A stretch of DNA of 64,000 nucleotides from a virus, in the IMG/VR virus record IMGVR_UViG_3300032242_003148, positions 64,001 through 128,000 of that record, one strand, 5' to 3'. Below are positions 17,448 to 29,100 of this stretch, piece by piece. How positions within the stretch are numbered: the stretch's first letter is position 1; each line of letters opens with the position of its first letter. Both the position numbers and the translations under genes were made by a program. The notes under the pieces are model-generated. The model was not told where the DNA came from, ran no database searches, and was given only the letters and a program-made list of their open reading frames with translations.

Positions 17448-20012
17448 CTATGAAAAGTCTATCAATAACACAGTAGGAACTGTGGCATTTGTTGGAGGCG
17501 GATTAGTGGCAGGAATACTTGTAAAAACTTTACCATCAAATGCCCTAGGAATACCAGCAGTTCTTTGGGTATTTGTTAGTGTAAACTGATCTAAGCTACT
17601 CGCCGAATGTAGCGGGATAGCTACCTTGGCTGGTCTTGGGTAACTACTAGACAACGTCGTGGCGTTATTAACAGAGGATTGTATTAAATGATTGCCTCCC
17701 GAAACACCAGAAACATAGGGAGCAGAATCAATATATGTAGAAGAACCTGCCGGCTCATCTAGTTCCCACCATGAAACAAGGTTTAATCCTAACCCAGATC
17801 CTAATGTCGGCGGCAGTGTAAGCCCTACTCCACTGTTATATAGTGCAGTAATTTGCCCGGTTGTAAGTAAAGTATTCCAATAACCTATTGAAGATATTGC
17901 TCCTTGAAAAAATTGTGCCGCGCCATTACATGCCCCAGCTATTGTAATTCTATTATTTCCGCCGCTACGAGAATTAACTTTAGATGTACCTACGGCAGTG
18001 CTCTGGTAGACTGTTCCGTTATCAACAGATATATAAGCCTTTTGAGTTGATGAATTAAACGCCGCCGTAAAAAAATGCCATGTGTTTAGCTGTACAGTTG
18101 AATTGGGTGTCTCCGCTGCCACATATCCAGATGCTCCGTTCAACAAAGGGTCAATCCCATCCATGTAAATGTCAAATCTAAGTTTACCATTGGGCCAGAG
18201 TCTAATCATATATGTATCCCATACAGGACCACCAATAATTGAATGAATAAAACTACTTGAGTTTTCGGTGGCTCTAAACCAACCTGTAAATGTAAAACTC
18301 CCACTGGGGCTGAGTAAGCTGTTAATAGGGCAATATAAATTTTGGCCTGTGCCATCTTCTCCCCTAAAACTTGCACCATTTATAGAAGATATGGTGCTCG
18401 TGCTGGGTGTTTTACTTAGTGAAAAAAGCCTGCTCTTATAGTCCTTGTAATAGTTAGAATCTCCGACCCCGGTTGTGGGTCTGGTTCCGTCTGAATTGGA
18501 TCCATCAACACTGAGAGAAACTCCAGGAAGAGCTGGGATAGTATACCCTGAATTCATCTTACCATAAACATCAGCAGACAAATTTAAATTTACATATAAC
18601 ACCGTGTATACGTGAGAAGGTAAGTATTTTTGTAATAGTGGATAATAGCTAAAAAATGTAGAAACATCCTCAGGGCTATAAAAGTTAAACTTAAGCAACA
18701 CGGTATTATTTTTAATAAAGTTATTAAATATAAAGTCGGCAGGCACAATAACGGCAGTGTTCCCTGGGTTTTTTAAACCTAGCGCCTTTTTATTAGCATT
18801 TATATTTTCTGAGCGGTTAATAAAATTGTTAAACTCAGCGACATCTCCAGCTTCGCCCAACACAGGAAAATTTATTCTTCCATTAGCGTCTAGTGTTGCA
18901 AGACTAGTAGAAGTAGAGAAGAATAACTGGTGTCTATAATTTCCTAAAAATATATGAGAAGATAAGCCTACCTGAGGAGTGTTTAATATACTATTCCACC
19001 ATCCTGGTTTTACTAATGTATCGTAGTATTGAACAACATCAACAAGTATGTCACCGGCGTGAACAACCTTACCTATTTTGGCTCCCGCTATTAAATTTTG
19101 GTTATTTTTAAATCTATAAACTTCCTTATCAGTAATAACGTATTTATAGATATTGTCAGAATAAATATCCTGTATTGTCTCAGTTATATTAACCACAGGA
19201 GTAACTCCACTAAACGCGGCCATAATTGATTTAATAGCATTAACTGTGGGGCCTGATACAAATAAATTAAATATACCCTCTAGCATAGCTTTATAAGCGG
19301 CTGAAGATGGTAGTTCAAAATCAAACAAAACACCGAAGTTATCATACAGATAATTTTGGTCGTTCTCTGCGTTATAGCACCAAAGAATAATTAATTCATC
19401 ATTATGCTTAACGCCATTACTATCTACAAACGTGGCTGGTGCTCCTTTTTCGGTTATTATTGTAGCCTTAGGGATATTTGAGTTTTGAAACAAATCTGAG
19501 TTAAAATAAAGCACATTAGAAGAGTCGATCACGACATCCACACCGTTTATATACACTGACTGAGGTCCGAGTACCCTATCAGCTATCACAGAAAATTTTC
19601 TTAGCGGTATATTAGGGGATAGGCTATAAACACCAGCAGACGCGCTTTTAGATTTACCGAATAAAAATGTTTGTCCCGCATAATAAGCATCACTTGCTGG
19701 CTGAGATCCAAAAACCGTAGATTTAGGTGCAAACTGTGATGGAACATAATTAAATTCTGATCTCTTTATTATTAGTGGCTGCCATTTTGTTCTAGATAAT
19801 ACAGGTGTATCTTTAATAGAATATGAGTTTAATACATCTATTAAATTGTAATAGCTCTGGATCAGCTCCTCTGCCATACCAAGAGTATATCCTCTAATCG
19901 TTCCTTGTTCCTGGAACACTTGAGTCCAAAACGACCCAAGAGACATAAACAAATTATTTCTATTTGTATAGTCTCCTGAGGGATATATAGAAGATAAAAA
20001 ACCTAAATCCAT
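17448..20012 (-). CDS. Baseplate wedge protein (P2 gpI/T4 gp7-like position) with an inserted LamG-like domain
   Basis: Follows the baseplate-J-like gene; L..NFG.L....YK..L..I..L...GPT...I motif; FTFTGWF...WHFFTA...FQGAISSIGYWN..LT..QI..LYN. Confidence 0.7.
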   Translation of the reverse strand: MDLGFLSSIYPSGDYTNRNNLFMSLGSFWTQVFQEQGTIRGYTLGMAEELIQSYYNLIDVLNSYSIKDTPVLSRTKWQPLIIKRSEFNYVPSQFAPKSTVFGSQPASDAYYAGQTFLFGKSKSASAGVYSLSPNIPLRKFSVIADRVLGPQSVYINGVDVVIDSSNVLYFNSDLFQNSNIPKATIITEKGAPATFVDSNGVKHNDELIILWCYNAENDQNYLYDNFGVLFDFELPSSAAYKAMLEGIFNLFVSGPTVNAIKSIMAAFSGVTPVVNITETIQDIYSDNIYKYVITDKEVYRFKNNQNLIAGAKIGKVVHAGDILVDVVQYYDTLVKPGWWNSILNTPQVGLSSHIFLGNYRHQLFFSTSTSLATLDANGRINFPVLGEAGDVAEFNNFINRSENINANKKALGLKNPGNTAVIVPADFIFNNFIKNNTVLLKFNFYSPEDVSTFFSYYPLLQKYLPSHVYTVLYVNLNLSADVYGKMNSGYTIPALPGVSLSVDGSNSDGTRPTTGVGDSNYYKDYKSRLFSLSKTPSTSTISSINGASFRGEDGTGQNLYCPINSLLSPSGSFTFTGWFRATENSSSFIHSIIGGPVWDTYMIRLWPNGKLRFDIYMDGIDPLLNGASGYVAAETPNSTVQLNTWHFFTAAFNSSTQKAYISVDNGTVYQSTAVGTSKVNSRSGGNNRITIAGACNGAAQFFQGAISSIGYWNTLLTTGQITALYNSGVGLTLPPTLGSGLGLNLVSWWELDEPAGSSTYIDSAPYVSGVSGGNHLIQSSVNNATTLSSSYPRPAKVAIPLHSASSLDQFTLTNTQRTAGIPRAFDGKVFTSIPATNPPPTNATVPTVLLIDFS

Positions 20013-21628
20013 TAGATTAATGTGATACCTATATTATCAATCACGTTTGTGCCACCAACTGATGTGTCATAATAGTTTATAAAAAACTGTGTGGTTTTAG
20101 GAGAAACACCAAGAGAGATATTTGTCGGAATCTTAAGATAATCTCCTCCCTCGACTTTTAGTGAAGATCCATCATTACACAAGATATTTCCTGTCATACT
20201 AATAGGTAATTCTACTCTTGATATATTATAGTTGTGGCAAATTGTTACTATTTTAGAGGCATGCACTGTTTCTCCAAATGGTATTGTGTTTATATATGTG
20301 AATAAGTCCTGTTTGAGTTGATTTATATTGAGAGAAGTATATGTGTCGTTAGAATTAGCCTTTGCTAAGGTTAAGTCTAGCTCAACAAAACAAGGAAGGG
20401 CGGCTTTTATAAGATAATCCGCACAAGCTAGTCTTTCAGAGCTAGAGGTTACTAAATCTTGTATTTCCCCTATATTAGGCTGGTAATATGCCGAGACTAT
20501 AAAATTTAAATTACTTCCTACAGCTAATCCTGGGCTCTCATCATATGTAAATGTTACTTCAGCGGTTTGATACTTCGTAAATCGGGCATCTCTATAACTG
20601 TTAATCGCGTTGTTTATACCTGACTCAAATGATCTATAGCCATATGTGACATTTGTAATAGGAAAAGTACCTCCTGTGAGCTGTGGGGTATCTGGGATTA
20701 TAGAGAACACCCTGTAGAAACCTGCGCAGTAACTACTATCTAGTTTTAAAACCCAAGTTTTATCTCCTGTTTTTTTTCCTACAATTGAAGCACTATAAGT
20801 CTCTGCACCTACACAATTTCTGATATACACGTCAGCCATACCAAAGGTTGAAATACCCATAGCATTATTCTTAGACCTCACCATCTCTATATCATTAGCT
20901 CCACAAACAGATAATGTTTGAAATGTTGGATATAGATTAGAAAGTCTATTTTGAATACCTGCAGGAGACTCAAACCGTGTGCTGCCTAATGTGTTTTTAA
21001 AACTAGCTATCAACTGCTTATCTGTTTGCTCTGGTAGGGCTGACGTAAAATTACCGTAAGCTTGAGCAGAAACAAAATTAGTTATTGTGGCCCCTTTAGG
21101 AGATAATGAGAAAGTGGTGCCAGAAGATACCTGTGAGTTATAACCTACTTGTGTCGCGATCACAGGTAAAATAAAATAGTATTTTTCTCCCTCTGTGTAT
21201 AGTTGTAATTCACCTAAAGCGGTATTGGGGGTGGGAGATATTCTGAGTAGTCCAGTAACATTATATGTAAGCCCTAATGTGGGTTGAACAAACTGCAGGC
21301 CTGTCGGTACTGCATAATTACCAAAATAAGACACATATACCTGTATGTTTCCAGTAGAGTATGTTCCTTTATTGCGGGATGTATTATAGTTGGATGCAAT
21401 TAAGTCCACAACTGGACTATAAGTATCATTAGTACTGGACAGTGCCTGACTAATCGCAGCACCTTGCGAAAGGGTTGTAATTTTGTTGTATTGCTCGTTT
21501 TGGACTGAGGCTGCCAACTTTATAACTAATTCACTAATAACAGAACCTGGTGCGGTATCTGCGCTACTATAGTTTTCAGATATGAATTTGGTAATTCTGC
21601 TGGCTGTATCTTGTATTAATTCACTCAT
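20012..21628 (-). CDS. Baseplate J / gp6-like wedge protein
   Basis: DTAPGSVISELVI, VIATQVG..SQV, EQTDKQLI motifs; follows the gp25-like gene. Confidence 0.8.
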   Translation of the reverse strand: MSELIQDTASRITKFISENYSSADTAPGSVISELVIKLAASVQNEQYNKITTLSQGAAISQALSSTNDTYSPVVDLIASNYNTSRNKGTYSTGNIQVYVSYFGNYAVPTGLQFVQPTLGLTYNVTGLLRISPTPNTALGELQLYTEGEKYYFILPVIATQVGYNSQVSSGTTFSLSPKGATITNFVSAQAYGNFTSALPEQTDKQLIASFKNTLGSTRFESPAGIQNRLSNLYPTFQTLSVCGANDIEMVRSKNNAMGISTFGMADVYIRNCVGAETYSASIVGKKTGDKTWVLKLDSSYCAGFYRVFSIIPDTPQLTGGTFPITNVTYGYRSFESGINNAINSYRDARFTKYQTAEVTFTYDESPGLAVGSNLNFIVSAYYQPNIGEIQDLVTSSSERLACADYLIKAALPCFVELDLTLAKANSNDTYTSLNINQLKQDLFTYINTIPFGETVHASKIVTICHNYNISRVELPISMTGNILCNDGSSLKVEGGDYLKIPTNISLGVSPKTTQFFINYYDTSVGGTNVIDNIGITLI

Positions 21629-21630
21629 AA

Positions 21631-22110
21631 TTATATAGGTAAGGGTAACAGAAAGTTAGCAATATCTCCAGCCAATGTTGTTAACTGTACAGAAAAACTA
21701 ATAGACCCTGAATATAACGTGAGGTCCAATAATTGGGTGCCAGAAAGTTGCTCATCTGCAGGAATATCGGGATTTGTTATTTGATACCCTTTTATAACAT
21801 TAACTGTATTATAGTCGGCCAAAGAAAATATTTGTCGAGCTCTGATGGCGTCCACGGGAGATAGGCCCTGCTGTAAAGTTTTTAAAAAGTCTGTACCGAA
21901 GGTTGGGTATCCTGACTGAGAGCCTGAATTACTAAGCAATATTATAGCATATCTTTGTACTAGTTTTTGAACACCGGAGCAAAGCTGAGAGGGGTTACCA
22001 AAAGCTGGTGTCACAGTTACAGGGTCAATAGCCTGCGCGTTAGGTGTTCGCAAAATGCTAACATCTACTGTTCTACCTGAATAATTTGTTGAAATTCCAG
22101 AAATAGGCAT
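21631..22110 (-). CDS. gp25/GpW-like baseplate wedge (sheath initiator)
   Basis: SGVQKLVQR..IILLS..GS...PTFGT motif, 159 aa. Confidence 0.75.
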   Translation of the reverse strand: MPISGISTNYSGRTVDVSILRTPNAQAIDPVTVTPAFGNPSQLCSGVQKLVQRYAIILLSNSGSQSGYPTFGTDFLKTLQQGLSPVDAIRARQIFSLADYNTVNVIKGYQITNPDIPADEQLSGTQLLDLTLYSGSISFSVQLTTLAGDIANFLLPLPI

Positions 22111-22111
22111 A

Positions 22112-22525
22112 TTATAAATCTAATTTCTGTTTAAATTTTAGGAATATTGCGGTAGATTGCCAAGCGTTATATATATTTCTTGCACCTTTTTGAGATAAAT
22201 CTGCGCGGTAATACTGTAACCTGGGTTGATATCTCTGAATAAAACATCTATTAAACGAGTATAACTGGCTTATCTCTAGCTTTATCGCAGATATGCCTTT
22301 TCTGGATTTGGGGTCGGTTTCTTCGAATCTATCTTTATAGTCACTGTTGAGTTTTTCTCTGTCGGTAACTTTTCGCATATCTTCCATCTTCAGCGTATCA
22401 GTATATTCAACAGAAGATAAAAACCACTTTCTGGGCTTTCCTTGTTCTACCATTGATTTAGGAGTATCCACAGCTACCCAAGTTTTTATCTTTTTAACTA
22501 AATCTTCTAATGTATTGGCTATCAT
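22112..22525 (-). CDS. Hypothetical protein
   Basis: 137-aa ORF abutting both neighbours. Confidence 0.7.
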   Translation of the reverse strand: MIANTLEDLVKKIKTWVAVDTPKSMVEQGKPRKWFLSSVEYTDTLKMEDMRKVTDREKLNSDYKDRFEETDPKSRKGISAIKLEISQLYSFNRCFIQRYQPRLQYYRADLSQKGARNIYNAWQSTAIFLKFKQKLDL

Positions 22526-22526
22526 A

Positions 22527-23162
22527 TTATTTCCATCCCTTGTTGAGCATATCGCTTATTATTTTTATGCGTTGATTTACTTGAGGTTCTGAAATTTTTA
22601 GCTTTTTAGATATTCCGTGAGTGTCCAGTACTGGTTTACCTCCAAAACCGGTCATATGCTCGAATATTAATTTATCTTTGGGTACAAGATCATGGTATAC
22701 GAATGTCGCCCATTCGTCATTCGAGCTATCCATTATTGTGGGGGTATTGAGCATGTTTGTAAAAGAAATTATAGATTTTCTATTTTTAAGTAAGCTATTA
22801 ACCGTTTTTATGCCCATACCTGAGTTGTCGGCGAGTTCTTCTGCTGTGGGCGGTCTTCCAAATTCACTCTCTAATTGTTTTTCCAAATTATTTAATTTAT
22901 TTATTCCAAATTGGGTATTTTCAGGAAGTCTAACAGAACTGCCGTATTGTGTGGATAATCTAGATAACTTCTTAAGTTTATTTACTAGGTGTGTACTAAA
23001 TTTTCCTGCGGCAGGAGAATATGTCTCGGCGGCCTGTCTCGCCAATTTATGCGCCTCTATTTGCACAGTAATAAATGGAATATTTGTAGAATACTTTTTA
23101 GCCTCCGAGTCTATCAACTTTCTGTGCTCTGATAATAATTTATTTATGTCTGTGTTATTCAT
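22527..23162 (-). CDS. Sigma-70-family RNA polymerase sigma factor
   Basis: Region 2 (AAETYSPAAGKFSTHL), VRLP, region 3 (LESEFGRPPTAEELADNSG), region 4 HTH (ISKKLKISEPQVNQR). Confidence 0.85.
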   Translation of the reverse strand: MNNTDINKLLSEHRKLIDSEAKKYSTNIPFITVQIEAHKLARQAAETYSPAAGKFSTHLVNKLKKLSRLSTQYGSSVRLPENTQFGINKLNNLEKQLESEFGRPPTAEELADNSGMGIKTVNSLLKNRKSIISFTNMLNTPTIMDSSNDEWATFVYHDLVPKDKLIFEHMTGFGGKPVLDTHGISKKLKISEPQVNQRIKIISDMLNKGWK

Positions 23163-23165
23163 ATG

Positions 23166-24848
23166 TTAACTAGCTCCTATGTCTGAAATAAAAGAACTTT
23201 TAAATGAGGTTTCCTTGCCCTGATTGAACCCCGTGAATGCGTCTTCGCTAATACCCACAGGAGTTGAACCCATCCTACCACAACAAAAATTAACAATAGT
23301 CATGGCTGAGCCTCCTGCTGGCGGCGCCATATCTACTCTGTGCGTAACACTCTCTACCCAGAAGTCTAAATTAAAATTTGTTTCTCTTACAAACAATGTT
23401 CCACTAGCCCCTGGAACCCAATTAGGATTAAACGATAGTGTTATGCTGCCTTTTCTATCTCCATATCTAGCCTGATAAAATTTAATCTGGGCGTAATTTT
23501 TAAGCGTAGGGGACAGTGTTTCTTGGTATTTTGTTTGTTTTTCTTCTGCCCTCTGCTGTTGATTTTCTTTAATTTCGTTACCTCCATATTCATGAGGTTT
23601 ATCGTAATAAGAAGTATCTTTTCCCTGATCTGCCTTTTGCTTTAATTCATTGGCGTCTCTGCCGTTATTTTCATTTGTAGAATAAAAAAGTGAAAATGGA
23701 TGCTGCTCAACAATCAAAATACCTGAAGCTTGCGTTAATTCATGCTCGTCTTTATAGTAACCTACTGTACCTGGGTCATAAGCTACGTTAGCGAGGTTTT
23801 GTCCTCCCACAGGTAACTTGTTAGAAAGTATTACTGCGTAGATATCCCTATATCCATTATCACTGTATGAATAACCATTATAATCAGCTGGATAGGCTGT
23901 ATTAGGTCTACTAGATTGTGATTTTACACCAGGAGAAGAATGTTCTTGTAGAATAAATGATCTTTCTGGAACTACGAATATTTTATTACTACCAAAAACC
24001 AAAGTACATCCCATGAAACTTAAAAAATTCATTAAATTTTCCAGTATCACATTAGACCCCTTGAAAAAGTAATCTTTCATCTTTGCTGAAGCATTAGGAT
24101 AACAGGTAGTCATAGAGGATAAAGTACCTCCATCCACGGCAGAAGCGTCTAATTGAGATATTAAGTCTAGTCCCTTTTGTATAGCTTGTGTGTATTTTGG
24201 CGCATTATACACTTCCGACATTACTTGCTCTGAATATATGTCCTGCTCACTTCCCATATAGTTGTCAAACCCCCCCTGCTGTAATGTTAGAAGGTGCTTA
24301 ATCAACGATATATAAAACTTTATAGGACTAAGATTGAAGTCTAGCCCTTCGCTAAAATCAAAACTGCTCCAGGCTTTCTCTACATTATCGTCTTGGCTAT
24401 CAGATGAAACTATAAGAGAGTAATAAGGATTTTTATAGATATCCACAGAATTTGGTGTTAACCCCGGGGTCATGGTTGTTAGCTCTAATAGGGTCTGTGC
24501 TTTACCTTTAAGCACAGCCTGGTAAGTATTACTACCCACATTATTGCTTAGACTTACTCCATCTAATAGTCCCTCCCAATTTAATCTATGGGTTGTGGTT
24601 TGCCCTGGACCAGTGGTACTTTTAACACTGATTGACACATGTATAGGAGTTTTACGTTTAAACTGGTCAGGACTGGTTAATATCCCTGACGCGCCTCCAC
24701 TGATTTTCACAGGAGGGCCTGGAGATGCCGGAGCGAAATCTACAGAACAAACGGGAATAGCCCCAACACTAAAATTAAGGCTAACTCCTACAGGTGTTAC
24801 CCCCGGTAGTGGGGATACCGACAATGTTACGTCTGATGTCTTTGGCAT
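23166..24848 (-). CDS. Baseplate hub (gp27/GpD-like)
   Basis: C-terminal LSFNPNWVPG...FWVESVTHRV pattern; located downstream of the tape measure gene. Confidence 0.65.
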   Translation of the reverse strand: MPKTSDVTLSVSPLPGVTPVGVSLNFSVGAIPVCSVDFAPASPGPPVKISGGASGILTSPDQFKRKTPIHVSISVKSTTGPGQTTTHRLNWEGLLDGVSLSNNVGSNTYQAVLKGKAQTLLELTTMTPGLTPNSVDIYKNPYYSLIVSSDSQDDNVEKAWSSFDFSEGLDFNLSPIKFYISLIKHLLTLQQGGFDNYMGSEQDIYSEQVMSEVYNAPKYTQAIQKGLDLISQLDASAVDGGTLSSMTTCYPNASAKMKDYFFKGSNVILENLMNFLSFMGCTLVFGSNKIFVVPERSFILQEHSSPGVKSQSSRPNTAYPADYNGYSYSDNGYRDIYAVILSNKLPVGGQNLANVAYDPGTVGYYKDEHELTQASGILIVEQHPFSLFYSTNENNGRDANELKQKADQGKDTSYYDKPHEYGGNEIKENQQQRAEEKQTKYQETLSPTLKNYAQIKFYQARYGDRKGSITLSFNPNWVPGASGTLFVRETNFNLDFWVESVTHRVDMAPPAGGSAMTIVNFCCGRMGSTPVGISEDAFTGFNQGKETSFKSSFISDIGAS

Positions 24849-24854
24849 AAACTA

Positions 24855-25691
24855 TTAGAGTAATCCGTTTACTCTCTCCACATAACAATTGAGTAATCCA
24901 GCAAACCTATAAATATCGTTAAAATGAGTAGCCCAAATATTTTCATTTGTTTTTGTATCATCAGGGTAGCTGTAAGAAAGCATACTATCAACTATGTTAT
25001 TCTGTGAAACTAAAGAATTAAACAAATCGTTAAAATTAAAAGATAGCGGGGACTCCGCGATAAAACTCCAGGCCTTGTTTGAAGATTGATTGAATATATT
25101 TATAGGCCCGTTAATACTAAAAGAAAGTCCTGTATCGCCAACAGGGATTATTGTAGAGCTTGTGGAGGAGCCGGCAGATTGTATTACATCTATAACAAGC
25201 TCAGGATTCAACTTATTTCCTTTATTCCCACCTTTTAGGTATGCGTGGTCTATGTCAGAAAAAACCGAAATAGTGTTAGTGGACCCAAGCTGGGTGACTG
25301 AAAATGAATTATAATAATAATTATTTTTACCTGTTGTGATATATTTCCCAAAAACAAGAATAGAATAGCTGGAGTTATTAGTAGTGGGCTGAGATATTCT
25401 ATACGTCCTGAAATACTCTGTTAAACTATCTAGGTCGTATGTCACCCTGGGATCATGCTTGGTCACAGAGGAAATCAATCTGGTTGCATTTAAAATGCGT
25501 AGGTAGTTATAACATAAAAACTGTTTTTGATATCCTGAGGTATTTGGAGGAAATAATATATCGTAAAAAGATTTTAACTTAACAGGTAGGTTTAACTTAG
25601 AATACCCTCTGTTTACGAAATAAGAACTTATCCCACCAGGAGTATTTTCTCCTGATAGATTGAGCAATAAGGTAGCATAATGGTTAACCAT
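24855..25691 (-). CDS. Hypothetical baseplate-region protein
   Basis: 278-aa ORF between the tube-like gene and the hub gene. Confidence 0.6.
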   Translation of the reverse strand: MVNHYATLLLNLSGENTPGGISSYFVNRGYSKLNLPVKLKSFYDILFPPNTSGYQKQFLCYNYLRILNATRLISSVTKHDPRVTYDLDSLTEYFRTYRISQPTTNNSSYSILVFGKYITTGKNNYYYNSFSVTQLGSTNTISVFSDIDHAYLKGGNKGNKLNPELVIDVIQSAGSSTSSTIIPVGDTGLSFSINGPINIFNQSSNKAWSFIAESPLSFNFNDLFNSLVSQNNIVDSMLSYSYPDDTKTNENIWATHFNDIYRFAGLLNCYVERVNGLL

Positions 25692-25696
25692 ATTAA

Positions 25697-26143
25697 TTAT
25701 AGTTGGTGGTCTACCACAGAAAACACCATTTGAAAGTTTGCCATAAAATCAGGCTCTGCCACCAGGGTCAAATTACAGTTAGTCACAACAACTGTAAATG
25801 TTTGTCCTCCTAATGTAATCTGCTGACTCTTTCCTCTTAAAGATGAAAAAGCCTGTAAAAATCTACTCGCGCCAGGCATAGACCCTGAACAGTCAGAGAA
25901 CAGTATGCCGTTTACTGTTATATTACCCACACCCTTTCCGAAATGTACATATTTAATAACATCATCAAAAGTTAAAAAATACTGAATAGTTTCGCCTAAT
26001 TGCAGTGTTACATCAGAGTAAATTGCAAGTCCACTAGAACCTACGATTCCATCTAACGTAGGTATAGTTAAAACCGAAGAGGCTCCTCCAGTTTGTCTTT
26101 TAAATAGGTCATTACCACCTGCTGAATAGAATGTTGCGGCCAT
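25697..26143 (-). CDS. Tail-tube-fold baseplate protein (tube initiator-like)
   Basis: 148 aa, beta-rich, similar in size and pattern to the tube gene; directly after the tape measure gene. Confidence 0.5.
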   Translation of the reverse strand: MAATFYSAGGNDLFKRQTGGASSVLTIPTLDGIVGSSGLAIYSDVTLQLGETIQYFLTFDDVIKYVHFGKGVGNITVNGILFSDCSGSMPGASRFLQAFSSLRGKSQQITLGGQTFTVVVTNCNLTLVAEPDFMANFQMVFSVVDHQL

Positions 26144-26154
26144 AATGTTTAATA

Positions 26155-29100
26155 TTATACTTTAGTAGCCAAGAGTTCAACCGCTTTTGCTAGTGTGCCG
26201 CCCTGCAATTCCGCCGTTAAAGCAGATAAGCTTTTATTCATATCTGCGGTAGTATCAGCTGCGCTAGCTCCATTACCGGTATCTCCAGTTATTTTTTTCT
26301 TTTCCTCGTCATACTTGTCCCCTGTCTCCGAAATATCTTTTCTAACCTGGTCAAATTTCTCGCTAGAGAGGTCTACGCCATATTTCTTCGCAGCATCACC
26401 TTTTGCATCGAATATTCCTGTGCCTTCTTTAGCATCTTTTATCATTTTCTCTGTGTCTCCCTTATAGTAGTCTTGGATTGCGTTTATTCCCTTACCTACC
26501 GCGGAATCTTTCGTGTCTTTTGCTACTCCAGCTAAAAGTTTATCCAGTCCTCCTAGAAGCTCTTTACCCTCTCCTTTATTGAATTCTTCTAGTGTTATTT
26601 TATCTTTCTGCCCCTCTATTGCAGCTGCGGTTATTGCGGCCGCATCATGCCCTTGCCCTATGGCGTCTTTGCCTGTTTTAAAAGCTTTATCACTACTTAA
26701 AATACCTAGTCTTTTTTCATCCTGTAAGGCCTTTAATTGCTTTTTTTCTGTATCTGTTATGGTTCCTTTTTTCTCCTTATCCGTGAGTGTATCTAGTCGT
26801 TTTAAAGCGTCTGCCGCAGTTTTATCTTTTGTTGAGAAACCGGCAACAGCCATATTTTTAAGATCTTCGGCTGTTACATTTTCTCCTGTGGCTGCAGCTA
26901 ATCCTGCGGCAGTGCCCTTATAATCCTCTGTACCTGCGGACGTTATTGCCTGCTGAAATCCTCCCTTGAGCTTTTCAGCCCCTGCGCCCTCTCCAAACAC
27001 TCCCAGCAATTTCGAGGCCTGGGCATCACTAAAGCTATCGCCGCTAGCTAGTGTTGACATCAATTGTGTTATTGCTGGGGCGTATCTAGCTCCGTATTTT
27101 TTATCGAGCTTTGCGTCTATCTTTGCCTCATCTGCTCTCTTCTTATCTAATTTTTTAAAATACTCTGGATTTAATTGTCTAGCAATTCCCTCGTTGATTG
27201 TGGTGGAATACTGCCCGTATAAATTAGCGGAGTAACCGTCCTTATTCATAAAGGTACCCACATAATCCTTCATTGTTAAATCAGGATCTTTTTTAACCGC
27301 CTCTTTGTAGCCATCGGCAATTTGCTTCTGAACGTATTGAGCCTTGAAGTCTTCTTTGTTTAATTCTGGGTGTTCTTGCTTTGCTTTTTGGTAGGCCGCA
27401 TCAAACCCGGCACGATCTAATTTAACTTTCGTGGAATTAAATATGTGAGAATATAATGAACTCTGTACCCCTTTTTCCATCATGCTTGTGGCGGTACCTG
27501 TGAAGTTTTTATTTTTTTGACCCTCTTCCTTGAAGAAAGTGTTGTTCATCCCGATCATTAATTCGGCCCTACTCATGCCCTCCATACCCGGCTGCTTCAT
27601 TACGGCATCCAATAATTGTGGCATTTGGTTTGGTTTTACACCCTGGGGAAATTGTTTTAATGCTTCCTGTACAGCTGCGGATTTCTTGGCGTCTCCTGCA
27701 AACATCTGTTGTAGAGCTACAAGATTTTGCCCCATATCAGAGCTAAGTAATTTTTGTTGTTCTGATATTTTAGAGGCAACCATGCCCTGAGTGTCTCCTG
27801 CTCTTCTCATGTCTCCGGCACTCATAACTCCAGACATGGCTGATACTGTCTGGAACGCCTTTATACTCATATCAGCAACTGCGCCTGAATTTAAGTTCTG
27901 TAATCTTGGGTTATTTTTAGCCAGGTCCTTGGCAGCATCTATGGTAGCCAACATCGCATTCATGCTAACTCCCGCAACACGAGCAGTAGCCTTCATATCT
28001 CTTAAATACTTTTCAACCTCTGCTGATCCTTTTTTAGAGGACATATCTACCGCAGAGGTTCCCAATAGATCACTTATTTTTCCAACAAGCTCACCGGCTG
28101 ATTTATTACCAAATACAGATCTTGCGGCGCTAAGTGCGCCACCTGAGTTCTGCATAAATTCATCAAATTTTTTACCGACTCCTCCTTTAGTACCAAGCAT
28201 ACCTAACTCCGCAGAAGATTTGAAAGCGGATGTAAAATCCTCTACATTAAATCCTCTGGTGTTAGCAAAATTAATTCCACTATATCTTCCGCCAGCTGCT
28301 TTGTATTGTTGATATTGTGAAGCCTGATATTCTGCATAATTAGAAGCTTTGAGCTTAGCCTCTTGTTCATTTAGAAATTTTGTATCTATCTTTTTGGACG
28401 CCCCGAAACCTAAAATACCTTCGGGGACTTTTACCCCAGAGGCAGCAAGCTGTTCTTTTATTTTTTTATTAGCTGCCGCTCTCTCATCATCTGTGGTGGC
28501 CTTATCATACTCTTGTCTAGCTTGACTGATTATATTTAATCTTACATCTTTAGCTTCACGTCCCTCGCTAATTTTATCAGCTATATCACTTAACTTTGTA
28601 TTTTTAATAGCATTATAGTCTAACCCGGCCTCCTCAATTCCAGCCCTTTGAAGCTCTGTTCTTGTAAGATTACGAATAACCTCAGGCTTAACAACTCCGT
28701 TAGAATCTCTCGCGTTTTTTAACTCTTCTGCTGTGAGATTATTTGCTTTTGTTAGTACCTGCTCAATATGGTCATTAAGCTCCTTAGAGAGTTTTTTATT
28801 AAAATCTTTTGTGCCTCTTCTGGCCTCGTTATCAAGAAGACTAGTTGCATCTTTAGCTAGTCCCTCCATTCTTATTCTACGGTCACGCCCTGTACTTTTT
28901 GCGTCATTAGCGGCATCTTCTGATAAAGCTCCAATACCCGACTGTGTGGCTAGTGCTGGATCACTGAGAAGTCTATTAGTAAACGCACTGTCCATTTTAT
29001 TTGCCACACTACCCATCCCCTCTTTTTGATAAAAACTTTTTTCCAGGGTGCGCATCATTTGAGAGGTTTCATTAGAGTTGACTCCCTCGGGTCTGCCAAA

